Origin: Podarcis muralis
Lineage: Eukaryota
DNA: 64,000 bases
Reading direction: 5' to 3'
Assembly (NCBI RefSeq): GCF_964188315.1
Contig: NC_135656.1
Coordinates: forward strand, 116,002,001 to 116,066,000
Position 1 is the first letter of the stretch, and each line of letters opens with the position of its first letter. Made by a program: the position numbers and the translations under genes. Shown here piece after piece: positions 24,276-36,719 of this stretch. The notes beneath the pieces are model-generated. The model was given only the letters and a program-made list of their open reading frames with translations. It did no database searches and was not told the DNA's origin.

Positions 24276-24492
24276 CAGGGGCAGGCAACCTAAGTCCTTC
24301 TAAATCCGGCCCAGGAATCAGCGTGTTTTTACATGAGTAGAATGTGTCCTTTTATTTAAAATTCATCTCTGGGTTATTTGTGGGTCATAGGAATTCGTTC
24401 ATTATTTTTTTTCTTCAAAATATAGTCCAGCCCACCACATGGTCTGAGGGACGGTGGACCAGCCCACGGCTGAAAAAGGTTGCTGACCCCTG
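24276..24492. mobile_element. hAT-like MITE
   Basis: CAGGGGCAGGCAACC...GGTTGCTGACCCCTG ends; interior matches 59126-59377. Confidence 0.65.
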
Positions 24493-24625
24493 GGCTAGAG
24501 GCAAAGCATAGCCATCAGGGTGAGTAGCTACTGATAGCTTTATCCTCCCTGAATTTACCTAACCCTCTTTTAAAGCCATCCAAGATGATCCTACGCATAT
24601 TAACTTGGAAATACCTCCCAGAGCA

Positions 24626-24968
24626 GGATGCGGGTGGCACTGTGGGTTAAACCACAGAGCCTAGGACTTGCCGATCAGAAGGTTGGCAGTTCGAATCCCC
24701 GTGATGGGGTGAGCTCCCGTTGCTCGGTCCCTGCTCCTGCCCACCTACCAGTTCAGAAGCACGTCAAAGTGCCAGTAGATAAATAGGTACCGCTCCGGTG
24801 GGAACGTAAACAGCGTTTCCATGTGCTCCTCTGCTTCGCAAGAAGTGGCTTAGTCATGCTGGCCACATGACCCGGAAGCTGTACGCCAGCTCCCTCGGCC
24901 AATAAAGCGAGATGAGCGCCGCAACCCCAGAGTCGTCCGCGACTGGACCTAATGGTCAGGGGTCCCTT
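24626..24968 (+). mobile_element. Sauria SINE, full length
   Basis: tRNA-like head ggatgcgggtggcactgtgggttaaacc...; 14-bp TSD tacctcccagagca (24612-24625, 24969-24982). Confidence 0.9.
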
Positions 24969-25182
24969 TACCTCCCAGAGCAATTTCCCAAGTTCTCTGG
25001 GAAGGAAGATTGATAGTTCTAACTGCTCGGGAAATTGTAGTTCTGTGCGGGGAATAGAGGGTCTCCTCTAACAGTTCGCCTCACCATGAGGAGAGGACAG
25101 TTCCCATGATTCTTTGAGAGAGGCCACAGCTGTTAGGAGTGGCATGTATGGTGTGGATGTGGCCTCCAACTCCCATCATAGC

Positions 25183-25315
25183 ATCATAGAATTGTAGAGT
25201 TAGAAGGGACCACATAGGTCCAACCCCCTGCAATGCAGGAATCTTTTGCCCAGCGTGTGTCTTGAATCCCTGACCTTGAGGTTAAGAGTCTCATGCTATA
25301 CCAACAGAGCTTATC
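25183..25315 (-). mobile_element. SINE: tRNA-Lys(CTT)-like head plus CR1 tail
   Basis: Reverse reads tagcatgagactcttaacctcaagg..., then gattcctgcattgcagggggttgg. Confidence 0.65.
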
Positions 25316-25431
25316 AGCATTGCCAATGATCAGGGGTGACAGGAGATATAGTTAGCAACATCTGGAGGACCTTTGGTTTTGCAACCTCCAGATTTAGGAC
25401 TCACTCAGGAATTTTTTTTTTCTTCTATAAG

Positions 25432-27251
25432 GAAACTCTGAGCAGAAAAGATGGCCAGGATCATGTGCACAAAAGCCCTTGGCTAAGGAAACAAACTGGG
25501 ACCAAAGAGAGGGTCCCTCAGCATGGAGTGAAGGCAGAAGGCAAAGGCATCCAGAAACAGACATGGATGAGCCCATTCTGTGTGCAAAAAACTTCAAAGA
25601 TTTAGATGCCATCGCAGCCAAGGAGGAGATTGAGGAAAATGACAAGCAGGTGGCATTGACCAAATGCGAGATGGACTCTCCAAGGTCTACATACACCCAC
25701 ATGGAAGGGAAACCACATAAGTGTCCAGACTGCGGAAAGTCTTTCAGCATGAATTCTCACCTTATTAGTCATCAGAGAACCCACACGGGGGAGAAACCGT
25801 ACGGGTGCTCAGCGTGTGGTAAGAGCTTCTCTCAGAAAGGGCACCTTGCGGTCCACGAGAGGATCCACATGGAAGAGAAACCATACAAATGCTCAGAATG
25901 TGGGAAGTCTTTCTGTAAGAACGCCGACCTCACCAGGCACCACCGAAACCACACCGGGGAGAAGCCGTACAAATGCGCCGATTGCGGGAAGTCGTTCAGC
26001 ATGAACTCCGACTTCGTTAGGCATTACAGAACCCACACGGGAGACAAAATGTACGAATGCTCGGACTGTGGGAAGAGCTGTGGAACGAAAAGCCACCTGG
26101 TCGCACACCTGAGAATGCACACTGGAGAGAAACCGTTCGCCTGTGCGGTCTGCGGGAAGAGCTTTTCTCAGAAAGGGAACCTTGTCATTCATCAGAGACT
26201 CCACACCGAGGACAAGCCCTATAAGTGCTCGGACTGCGGGAAGTCCTTCTGTAAAAACGCCGATCTTGTCAGACATCGCCGAAACCATACAGGGGAGAAA
26301 CCGTACACGTGTCTGGAGTGCGGGCGATCCTTTAGTATGAACGCTGACTTTATCAGGCATTACAGAACCCACACGGGGGAGACGCAGTACAAATGCTCCG
26401 AGTGCGGCAAAAGCTTTAGCAAGAAGTGCAACCTGGTGACACACGTGAGAAGCCACACGGGTGAGAAGCCCTACAAATGCTCAGCGTGTGGGAAAAAGTT
26501 CTCCCTCAAAGGGAACCTCGTAGCCCACGAGAAAACCCACACGAAAGAGAAGCCGTGCAAGTGCTTGGACTGCGGGAGGTCCTTCAGCGTGAACTCTAAA
26601 CTCGTTGAGCACCAGCGACTTCACACACGAGAAAAACCGTACGAATGCTCAGACTGTGGCAAAAGATTCCGCTGGATCGGAAACTTCATGTCACACATAC
26701 AGTTCCACTCGGGGGAGAAACCCTACGAGTGTTCGCTGTGCGGGAAATCCTTCATTATACAACACGACCTTGTTCGGCACCAGAGGACCCACACGGGAGA
26801 GAAGCCCTACAGGTGTGCAGAGTGTGGGAAAACGTTCAGTCAGAAGGGGAGCCTTGTTGTACATGAGAGAATCCACACGGGAGAGAAGCCGTACAAGTGC
26901 GCGGATTGTGGGAAATGTTTCAACCTCAGCTCTTGCCTCATCCGACATCAGCTAACCCACACGAGGGAGAAACCCTACAAATGTGCAGACTGCGGGAAAA
27001 GTTTTGGCGTCAGCTCTCGCCTCCTCCAACACCAGCAGATCCACACGGGAGAGCGGATTCATAAGTGCTCGGAATGCGGGAAGAGCTTCGCTCACAGAAA
27101 AACTCTTGTCAAGCACATGCAAACACACACACAGGAGGAGAAGCCACAGACTTGCTTGGTGTGTGGGGAAAGTTTCATGGACCCCACAGCTTTTAGCCAG
27201 CATAAGAGAGTCCACGCTAAGGAGAACTCCTATGAAATCGCCATGTTGTGA
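25432..27251 (+). CDS. Gene D zinc-finger exon: spacer plus 18 C2H2 fingers
   Basis: ORF 25479..27251; acceptor ttttttcttctataag|GA at 25431/25432 (phase 1); frame open from the acceptor; first internal ATG at 25563. Confidence 0.93.
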
Positions 27252-29708
27252 CAAGCATTTGCGTATCGGCCTTTATAGAGGAAATAACCCAGAGGAAGAA
27301 TGAGGATATCACATCAGATAACATTCATTAGAAGGGAGGACTTTTAAATGCTCTGATTGTGGAAAGAGATCATGAGGGATTTATTTATTTTTTACTTATT
27401 AGGGAACAAGTATCTTTTCTGTGAGATCATAATTCTTTCAATCTGCTCCCTCACCTGAACGCCACCACAAGGGCTAACGGAGAACCACCTTGCCCTGAGG
27501 GGAGAAGGAAGAAAATAGCCTGAGGACTGCTGTTACTCTGGTCAGGGGAAGCTATGGTTTGAAGCTGTTGCGTCAGCAGTGATTCCATTTGGACTTAATT
27601 TAGATATTTTGCTAAACATCTCAAGTACTGTCTGTCTTGTTAGAAATGACAAACTGGTGGTTTTAAGACGACTTCTAAGGTATTCCTGATATTGCTGTGG
27701 CATAGGAGCCAATTTCTAGGGGCCAAGGTGTCTTCTCCCCCCCCCCACTCCATAAAATATTTCAGGGGCCGGGTCCCCACAAAGTTGATGGGCATCGCCA
27801 TTCAAATGGTGTGTGCACACCACATCATGTGATCAATTATGTAAGGCAGGGCTTACCTGCCTCTACCATATTTTATTCAAACTAGAACCCCTGTGCTACG
27901 GCGAGAAAGCCCTGAGGCTACATATTTGAAAAAAATATGCTTTTTATATTACAAGACTGCCTTCTGAAATAGCTTTGTTTTTACTCACTTTTACAGGTAG
28001 TTGGGGTGGTTCAATTTTAGGTAACGTCCAAAACCTTACCTGTTTTAATCTGTTATTTGTGTGGCTTGTGTGTACGTTGACACAATTTAGTTCAGTTTAG
28101 GGAAAAAGAAATTGGATGCCACAGGAAAGATGTTACATTAAATAATTGGGTATAATGTGTCCTGTAACACCATTAAAAGCTTACTTCCTTTTTTATGAAT
28201 ATCAAGGGTCATTCTAGAGATCAGGCTGCAATCCTATACACCAGGGCTTTCCAAACAGTGTGTCGCAACACATTGGTGTTTTGGCTGCAGTGTGTAGGTG
28301 TGTCGCATGAACGCTCCCCGCACTCCTCCCGGGGCTGGAAAAGGGTTAGTTTAACCTCCGGTTTGCTAGTAAAGCTGAATAATCATATCACAAAATGATG
28401 CATGTCTCAAAAGTGTGTCGCCAACATGAAAAGTACACATGTATCTGGAAAAACATTCCATTTCAGAGTCTTTACCTCTGAGTAGAAATGTAAAAAACTT
28501 GGAAAAAACAAACAACCCTTCAGCCACTTTGAAGAACTGAAAGGAAAACAGAGAGGAGGAGGAGGAACGACAGTTTCACTGACTACGGACAATATAGCTT
28601 AAATTTCTGGTGAGGGCTGGGGAACCTGTGACCCTCCAGATGTTGTTGGACTACAATTCCCATCATCCCTGACCATTGGCCATGCTGGCTGGGGCTGATG
28701 GGAGCCTTTGTCCATCCTCTGTAGTTTGTTAAGTATGCTTGAGAGCTGGTAGGAGACCCCTCACATAGCCACAATCCCCAGCACCCTTAAACTACAGTTC
28801 CCAGGATTCCAAAAGAGAAGCCATGACTGTTGAAAATAGTGTAAGAGGGTTTTAAAGTCATGGTTGTGGATGTGACCATTGACATATTAGCAGTGAGATT
28901 ATCTTGGATCACTCCATAGTATAAGTTGTTCTGGGATACTTCCCCAGTGTTACTGCATTAATGCTGTTTGGAGGGGCACTTGCAAAAAGAAAAGAATGGG
29001 CTCCGAAAATAAATCAGAACATATTGCAAAAAATTATTATTATTATTATTACAGGATTTCAGCAGGAATCTGTGCCTACCGTATTTACCCGAATGTAATG
29101 AGCACCTTTTTTTTGCCAAAATACGTCGCAAAAATTAGTGTTTGATGGAGCATTTACATTCGCTAGCAAATACTTTTTGAGTTTCAAAGTTTTGAAAATT
29201 GAGGTGCGCATTAGATTCAATATCGCATTAGATTTGTGTAAATATGGTATTCCATATGCAGCAGTATGTCTACCCCTAAACCTTTGCTTAAGCTTAAGTG
29301 AAGATGTGATCGTGTTTAACCACCCAATACCATCATGAGCAGAAATAATCAAGAATGTGCAATAAGGAGGATGGCTGGAAGGGGTCCTTGTTCTTGGCTT
29401 ACCACTCATGCTTTGCTTGAGGGAAACAGTGAGCCAGAACCATGGTTTGTTTCCCTGGCAGCAGCTGGGATGGTGGAGGAGCAAAGCTCCTGTTGTTTAA
29501 ACCATAGTTTAGTTTAATTGTGGTTTAAAGGAATGTGTGAACCAGGCTGCCAGCAATCCCTGGCAGACAGCTGATATTCTGAGGTCTATGGCATCTGAAT
29601 CCGGAGTTGGCAAAACCATTGTCTTCCATTGGCCCTCCAGATGCTGCTGAACAACAAGGATGAATCTGAGGTGAGTTGGATCCTAACAAGAGCCTCACAC
29701 TGGGCTTA

Positions 29709-30068
29709 GGTAAAGGTAAAGGTACCCCTGCCCGTACGGGCCAGTCTTGCCAGACTCTAGGGTTGTGCGCTCATCTCACTCTATAGGCTGGGAGCCAGCG
29801 CTGTCCGCAGACACTTCCGAGTCACGTGGCCAGCGTGACGAAGCTGCTCTGGCGAGCCAGCGCAGCACACGGAAACACCGTTTACCTTCCCGCTAGTAAG
29901 CGGTCCCTATTTATCTACTTGCACCCGTGGATGCTTTCGAACTGCTAGGTTGGCAGGCGCTGGGACCAAGCAACGGGAGCGCACCCCACCGCGGGGATTT
30001 GAACCACCGAACATGCGATCGGCAAGTCCTAGGCGCTGAGGTTTTACCCACAGCGCCACCCGCGTCCC
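29709..30068 (-). mobile_element. Sauria SINE, second subfamily, full length
   Basis: (ACCTTT)n tail; TSD actgggctta (29699-29708, 30069-30078); near-identical to 41812-42130. Confidence 0.9.
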
Positions 30069-30304
30069 ACTGGGCTTAAAGCTCCTGAATGGTCAGATGC
30101 CAAGAGGGTAATATTAAGTCTTTGTATAAATGCATGAAATGTTTCTTGTTCAAGCTAAAGACCAGGCAAATGCCTACAGGTACAAACACAAACATATTTA
30201 CCCCCATCCTTTCTTCTGAGAAGCTTACAACCACCCTGTGAGGTAGGTCAGGCTAGGAGAGACACAATGACAGATTTGGTGAGCTTTCCCCAGGTCCTAG
30301 GCTC

Positions 30305-30630
30305 CACCTATACTATACATTTAAAGCACTACCATGCCACTTTAAACAATCATGGCTTCCTCTAAGGAATCCTGGGAACTGTAGTTTGTTGAGGGTGCTG
30401 AGAGTTGTCAAGAGACACCCTGCTCCCCTCACAGAGCTACAATTCCCAATGTGTCTTAACAGTCAATTCCTCTTCCCAGGGAATTCTAGGAATTGTAGCT
30501 GTAAGAGGTGAGCCAGGGTCTCCTAACGCAGCATCCTTAACAAACTACATTTCCCAGGATTCATTGGGGGAAGCCATGCCTGTTTAAAGTGGTATGATAC
30601 GGATTTGAATTTACAGTGCAGGTGGAGGCC
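30305..30630. mobile_element. Palindromic MITE (atttaaagca...gggaactgtagttt family)
   Basis: Internal inverted symmetry; further copies near 12680, 14225, 15060-15450, 16590, 28700, 40050, 40700-40990, 49955 and 62700. Confidence 0.65.
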
Positions 30631-30667
30631 TTATTAGTGCAGCCCTGTAACCTTGACTTTTTAAATA

Positions 30668-30890
30668 CAGTGGTACCTCGGTTTACGAACTTAATCTGTT
30701 CCGGAAGTCCATTCTGAAACTGAAACCGTTTTTAAACCGAGGCACGCTTTCCCTAATTAGGCCTCCCGCTGCTGGTGCCCTTCCACCTTTTGGATTCCGT
30801 TCTTAGACCGAGGTAAAGTTTGCAAACCGGGACACTACTTCTGGTTTTGCGGAGTTTGTAAATCGAATTGTTCCGAACAGGACTGTTCTG
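30668..30890. mobile_element. Tigger-like MITE, right end missing
   Basis: TA+CAGTGGTACCTCGG left TIR. Confidence 0.6.
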
Positions 30891-30980
30891 TACAAAGTTG
30901 GCAGCCTAAATCCTGCATCATGACGTGCACAGATCACAGAGGTGCAGAGAAGCAGACTTTAATACAAATTAAAATACAAA

Positions 30981-31494
30981 TTATTCTGCCTTGGTCAAAA
31001 CATACCTGGAATACTGTGTCCAATTCTGGACACCACAATTTAAGAAGGTTGTTGACAAGCTGGAATGTGTGCAGAGGAGGGCGACCAAGATGGTCAAGGG
31101 TCTGGAAACAGCCTTATGGGGAACGGTTGAAGGAGCTGATTACCTTCAGCCTGGAAAAGAGGAGACTGACAGGAGATATGATAGCCATCTTCAAATATCC
31201 CAAGGGCTATCACATGGAGGAGGGAGCAAGCTTGTTTTCTCCTGCACTGGAGAGTAGGACCAATGATTCAAGTTATAAAAAAGGAGATTCCAACTAAATA
31301 TCAGGAAGAACTTTCTGACAGTAAGAGCTGTTAGACAGTGGAAAGGCCTCCCTCAGAAGTTGGTGGACTCTCCTTCCTTGGAAGTTTTTAAACAGAGGTT
31401 GGAGGGTCATCTGTCATGGATGCTTTAGCCGAGATTCCTGCAGTGCAAGGGGTTGGATTGGATGACCCTTGGGGTCCCTTCCAACTACGATTCT
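30981..31494 (+). mobile_element. CR1 LINE 3' fragment
   Basis: [32 protein letters not shown], then CR1 3'UTR ending ccttccaactacgattct. Confidence 0.9.
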
Positions 31495-31520
31495 GCGTTT
31501 CACTGCAGCAATTGGCAGCA

Positions 31521-31524
<4 letters not shown>

Positions 31525-31583
<59 letters not shown>
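31525..31583. repeat. (TC)n microsatellite
   Basis: Direct reading. Confidence 0.95.
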
Positions 31584-31586
<3 letters not shown>

Positions 31587-31741
31587 AGACCTAAACCGCT
31601 TTTGGAGGAGGCATCACAACAAGCAGTTGTGAAATGCAAACGAAAACAAACCCATGCGCCAAAACGCATCCGTGAAACAGGCAGGAAAAGAACCACCTGG
31701 GATCTGGCCCACACAGAGAAGGAGCTTCTTGTGTTTAAATG

Positions 31742-31800
31742 GTTAAATCCAGCAGTCGAGATCGGGGTTCCTAGAGAGGAAGGGGAGGGGGGAATTTGGG
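31742..31800 (+). promoter_or_regulatory. Putative promoter motif of gene E
   Basis: GGTTAAATCC...TCGAG...GTTCCTAGAGAGG, as at the other five genes; first-exon donor not identified. Confidence 0.45.
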
Positions 31801-31976
31801 GAGGGGGGAGTAGGTGGGATGTCGCTACCATAGAGAGGTCGGGGGTGGGGAGCTCGTGCCTTTTCCGTCCCCTCTATCCGGAAAGCGAAATGGCTCTCTG
31901 GATGCAGGCAGGAGTTGGAGACTGCTGAAATCCAAGCAGCGGTGGGCTGAAGGTGCAAAAAGAGAAATTATGTCCG

Positions 31977-32050
31977 ATATATATATATATCCATATATAT
32001 ATGGATATATATATGGATATATATATGGATATATATATGGATATATATCC
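31977..32050. repeat. 12-bp ATGGATATATAT tandem repeat with inverted flanks
   Basis: About 4 units, bounded by atatatatcc. Confidence 0.85.
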
Positions 32051-32444
32051 AGCTTTTATATGGGGGGGGGAGCGTGGGGATGCAAAGAGGTTGGAGGGTG
32101 GAAGAACAGAGAGGGGGACCTTTGCAGACCCTCCGCCTAAGGGATAGGAAGCTGGGGAGACTGGCTCTGGTTGTAACCTGCCATATGCATATTCTTGCAT
32201 TGCCGGGGGTTGGACTAGATGATCCTCAGGGTCCCTTCCAACTCTGTGATTCTATGTAGAAGTCAAATTACTTGTCCCTCCAGCCCCTGCCTTCGCCAGC
32301 CTGGTGTCTTCAGCTCCAGGCGTTTTGGGCTACAACTTCCATCAGTCCAAAATCCCTTGACAGAGGACCGGTCTCCCTTGGGAGGTTGTGTGTGTTCACA
32401 TCTTTAAAAAACCCATTGGAAAGTAGGATCTCGATGATTAATTG

Positions 32445-32812
32445 CTCCTTATTGCCCTATGCGGCTTAGGACCCACGTACCTACGGGACCGCCTCTCCTG
32501 CTATGTCCCGCGGAGGACCTTAAGGTCCACAAATGACAATATTTTGGAGGTCCCAAGTCGCAAGGTGGTTAGATTGGTCTCAACTAGGGCCAGGGCCTTT
32601 TCAGTACTGACCCCGACTTGGTGGAATGCTCTGTCACAAGAGACTAGGGCCCTGGGGTACCTATTTATCTACTTGCAGTTTGACATGCTTTCGAACTGCT
32701 AGGTTGGCAGGAGCAGGGACTGAGCAACGGGAGCTCACCCCGTTGTGGGGATTCGAACCGCCGACCTTCTGATCGGCAAGTCCTAGGCTCAGTGGTTTAA
32801 CCCACAGCACCA
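32445..32812. mobile_element. L2 fragment (+, 32445-32655) joined to the 5' part of a Sauria SINE (-, 32655-32812)
   Basis: LGPTYLRDRLS.Y.P.R.LRS...RAFS...WWNALSQE, then reverse-complement Sauria SINE head. Confidence 0.65.
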
Positions 32813-33224
32813 CCAGTCATAGGTATATCAGCATTCAAATCTGAATTGTCAAATTGTGTTATTAGTGATATTATCGTTTTTATTGTATGTGTCTTTTGCG
32901 GTTGTTGTTTATATTGAAAAAATGATTAAATAAATTTAAAAAATAATATTAAAAACAGTTTGAAACAACTTAACAGATTTCTCTTGTTTTGTTTCGGCAG
33001 AAAGCACTTGGATATCCCATCCGCGGCCAAGGGTAGCTCCCAAGCGCCGTTGCGGAGATATCTCTGCCCTGTATCCCTCTGAACTCTCCTTGTCATACCG
33101 CAGTAGCTGGGTGCACTAATCCGCTTGGCTGGATTCCTCTCCTGCATTAGCTGTCAGGGCGGAAGCGCTGCTCTGAGTTCGAATTCCATCTACCCTTCCC
33201 AACTTCCAGAGCTCCAGTTCCCAA

Positions 33225-33983
33225 ATGGCGGAAGGGAGGGAGGGGGAGCTGCCGGCCCCAGATCTCCGCTTCCAGGCGGTGCTGGATCAGGAATTGAAGC
33301 TGGGTGTGAAAACAGAGAGGAAGGACCCAGCAGGTCCGAAGTCTGAGATGGGATCCAAGGGACTGAGGAAAAAGCCCCACCTTTCTGCTCAGGCGGGACC
33401 TGCGGGGTGCGAGGGCCTGCAGCAGGTCTGGGAGGCCCAGTGGCAGGCCTTCCTCAAGGCGATGGAGTCACCCCACTCTGAGGCGGGGAGCTCGCAGCTG
33501 GCGGAGTTGGCTCCCTGGGCGGACCTGAGGACTTCCCTAGCCCCTTTTGAGGCCATCACTGCAGCCAGCCAGCCTCCAAAGGAAGGGTACGTCCTTCCGA
33601 TCCTCAACGGGCCGAGCCACCAGGTCCACGTCAAGCTTGATCTGAGAGAAAAGGGCCCCTACACCAAAGTAAAGGAGGAGAAGGAGGCGCTCAGCACAGA
33701 GGGCCACCGGCAGCGCTTTAGGCAGTCGCACTGCCACCAGGCTGAGAGCCCCCACCAGGCCTGCAGCCGGCTCTGGGAGCTTTGCCGCCAGTGGTTGAAA
33801 CCGGAGAGACGTAGCAAAGAGGAGATCCTGGACTTGCTGGTCTTGGAGCAGTTCCTGGATGTCCTGCCTCGAGGGATCCAGAGTCGGGTGAAGGATCAGG
33901 CTCCTGAAACCTGTGCCCAGGCGGTGGCCCTGGCGGAGAATTTCTTGCCGGCTCAGGGAGAAGCAGGGAGTTGGGAAGAGCAG
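33225..33983 (+). CDS. Gene E coding exon 1: SCAN domain with eroded Gag N-terminal region
   Basis: RQRFRQ...LWELCRQWLKPERRSKEEILDLLVLEQFLDVLP...QAVALAE; acceptor at 33000/33001; donor CAG|GTGAGG, phase 0. Confidence 0.9.
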
Positions 33984-34842
33984 GTGAGGCCGTATCCTTT
34001 CTTTTTTAAATAATAATAACAATAATTTGTACTTTGAAATATGCACAAATCGAAGTCAACAAAGTTCCCAGTCTAATATTTCCAAAATTTGTGTTGCAGT
34101 GATTCACAAAAAACGCCCACCTCTCAACAAATGTGTTGTAAAATATACTGCTCCTCTTATGAGTCAAATCAACTGATTTGTGCATTTTTGCAAATTTAAG
34201 ACATTTCCTTAGTCATTCACATATTATTGGAACCTGATAATCTTTACACTTTCGAGCCCAGACTGCTCTGGCTGCTATCACAAGGGTTGCTTTTGTTTGT
34301 TTGTTTGTTTGTTTGTTTGTTTGTTTGTTTGTTTTTTAAAGGCTGTTGTTTTGCAGATATTTCCCCCTCAATCAAATAAAAAATAATCAACTGGGGGAGA
34401 GTTTTCTCCTGTAATTGAATTTATATGATGCAGGATTTGTCTCCAAAGGCATGCTGACACTCCCACAGCATATACGTTATAATTGCATTGTCTGTTAAAA
34501 CAACTTCAGACATTTAAACCAAGTATCCTTATAGGAGCCTGTTTTCATCCTGGGATTCCTGGTAGCGAGATCAAGAACCAAAGGAAGCTACCTTATGTCA
34601 TGTCAAACAATTAATACATCTTGCCCAGTTATTACAGTGTTCTTCAAAACTTGGGCCTCGGATGTTGTTTGGACTACAAATCCCATCATCCACAGCCATC
34701 TTAGCCAACAACGAGGGATGATGGGATTTGTATTCCAACAACTTCTGGGGACCTAAGCTTGAAGAACACTGGTCTACACAAAGTGTGTCTAAATGCTGTG
34801 AATAACACAAATCATTGAACAACATGACCCCTGCTGTTTCAG

Positions 34843-34966
34843 GGCCCGGGTCTCTTTCAGAAGGTGATTGTGAGTGTCCCAGATGAGGCAACTACTTTGG
34901 GAGATGCAGGCAGGCAGATCTGGAACGTGGTGAAACATGAGTGTGGAGGAAATGCCAGCTCAGGGG
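34843..34966 (+). CDS. Gene E coding exon 2: degenerate KRAB-A-like exon
   Basis: ctgtttcag|GGC...GGGG|gtaagt; 124 nt, phase 0 to 1, joins SCAN and ZF exons in frame (1701 nt total, 566 aa). Confidence 0.72.
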
Positions 34967-34974
34967 GTAAGTAA

Positions 34975-35025
<51 letters not shown>

Positions 35026-35304
35026 TTATACCCTGCCCAGCTGGTCTGGCTGGGTTTCCCCAGCAACTCTGGGTGGCTTCCAACAGATTAAAAACACAAT
35101 CAAATATCAAACATTAAAAACTTCACCAAACAGGGATTACTCCATGCTAACTGTAGAGCATTGTATAGTCGGGGAGCTACCACAGAAAAGGCCCATTTTC
35201 TTGTTGCCACCCTCCAAACTTCTCTGGGAGGGGGGACATAAAGAAGGGCCTCAGCTGACAAGTGCAGGGTCCAGGTTGTTTTGTGTGGGAAGAGGTGATG
35301 ATGA

Positions 35305-35512
35305 TGAAGATGATGATGATTTATACCTCGCCCATCTGGGCGGCTCCCAACAGAATATTAAAAACATAATAAAATATCAAACGTTTAAAAACTTCCCGAA
35401 ACAGGGATACTTTCAGATGTCTTCTAAAAGTCAGATAGTTGTTTATTTCCTTAACATCTGATGGGAGGGCGTTCCACAGGGCAGGTGCCACTACCGAGAA
35501 GGCCCTCTGCCT
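35305..35512 (-). mobile_element. L2 3' fragment (another at about 34980-35125)
   Basis: [23 protein letters not shown] on the minus strand. Confidence 0.75.
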
Positions 35513-35577
35513 GGTACAATACTTGATACTTAAGGTGTTGATGTTGTTATATTTCATCTCTCTCCTTCTTCCTTCAG

Positions 35578-36395
35578 GTAAGCAGTATGTGATGCAGAAA
35601 GAGGATCACGGGCAAGAAAGCTCTGAGCAAGAACCGCAAGGGATGCTGGAGGAGAGAGAGACAGCCAACGGTCTCAAGCACTGCAAGCAGGCGGGGTCGA
35701 ATGAGGGTCTGTGTGGGCCATGGAGGCAACAACAGGCAAGCTGTCCAAGGCAGAGGATGGATCAGCTCATTCCTAGCATGGGCCTTTACCAAGGACTGAG
35801 TGGACTTCTTACCGGGGAGAGGCCTGTGACCCTGACTGAATACAGACGGACTTCCAACTCCAAGGCGAGCGAGAGGACCGAGGCAGAAGAGAAACCCTTC
35901 AAATGCGTGGAGTGCGGGAAGGCCTTCCGCACAAAGGACAAGCTCATCCGACATCACAAGACCCACACGGGAGAGAAGCCGTACGGTTGCTTGGACTGCG
36001 GCAAATCCTTCAGCACTAAGTACGGGCTTTTCCGGCACTACCGAATCCACCGGGGAGAGAAGCCGTACGGATGCTCGTACTGCGGCAAGTTCTTCCGGAT
36101 GAACTACGACCTCATCCGCCACCACCGGGTCCACACGGGGGAGAAGCCCTTTGAGTGCTCGGACTGCGGGAAGTCCTTCGGCATGAACTCCGACCTCGTC
36201 AGACACCAGAGGATCCACACGGGGGAGAAGCCCTTCCAGTGCTCGGACTGCGGGAAAACTTTCAACGTCAAGGGCAGCCTCGTCTCCCACGTCCGGATAC
36301 ACAAGGGCCTGAAGCCGTACAGGTGCGGCGAGTGCGGGAAATGCTTCAACCAGAGTTCGAAACTGAAGGCCCATGTGAGAATCCATGCGAGGTAG
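35578..36395 (+). CDS. Gene E coding exon 3: 6 C2H2 fingers
   Basis: Acceptor cttcttccttcag|GT (phase 1); ORF 35439..36395. Confidence 0.92.
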
Positions 36396-36719
36396 AAACA
36401 TGGAACAAACGTCCCGGACTCTGGTAGTCCTGGACCTTCAGCAGTCACTCGGGTCTTTGCACAATCATCTCCTCCTGTATGGATTTTCCCGGATGCGGAT
36501 GGAGGCATTACTCCGAGCCCTTCTAGGAAGTGAAGTGGTGCAGTGCTGGGATTCAGACCATGGCAACTGGGAAGCACTCTGCCTCAAGAAACCTCTTTGC
36601 CAGCTAGCTTTTTTAGACGGTCCTATTTCCGAGAGCTGGTGCCAGTGGAGACTAGTCCATCAGGGCGAATGGGGCACTGTCCCACCAACCTCAGTCTATC
36701 CTTTCTCATGAGAACATAG

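Noticed and set aside
7760-27200. Regular 84-bp periodic repeats resembling a CRISPR or satellite array
   Set aside because: They are 28-codon C2H2 repeats inside ORFs
34937-35461. Poly-Ile, poly-Leu and poly-Tyr ORFs (also 41348-41551 and 55381-55725)
   Set aside because: Translations of (AAT)n/(ATT)n microsatellites, several of them L2 tails
35574-36401. 275-aa antisense ORF over the gene E ZF exon (similar at 8579-9106, 9299-9799, 25893-26456 and 63016-63831)
   Set aside because: Shadow ORFs of repetitive, GC3-rich finger codons; no independent domain or splice context
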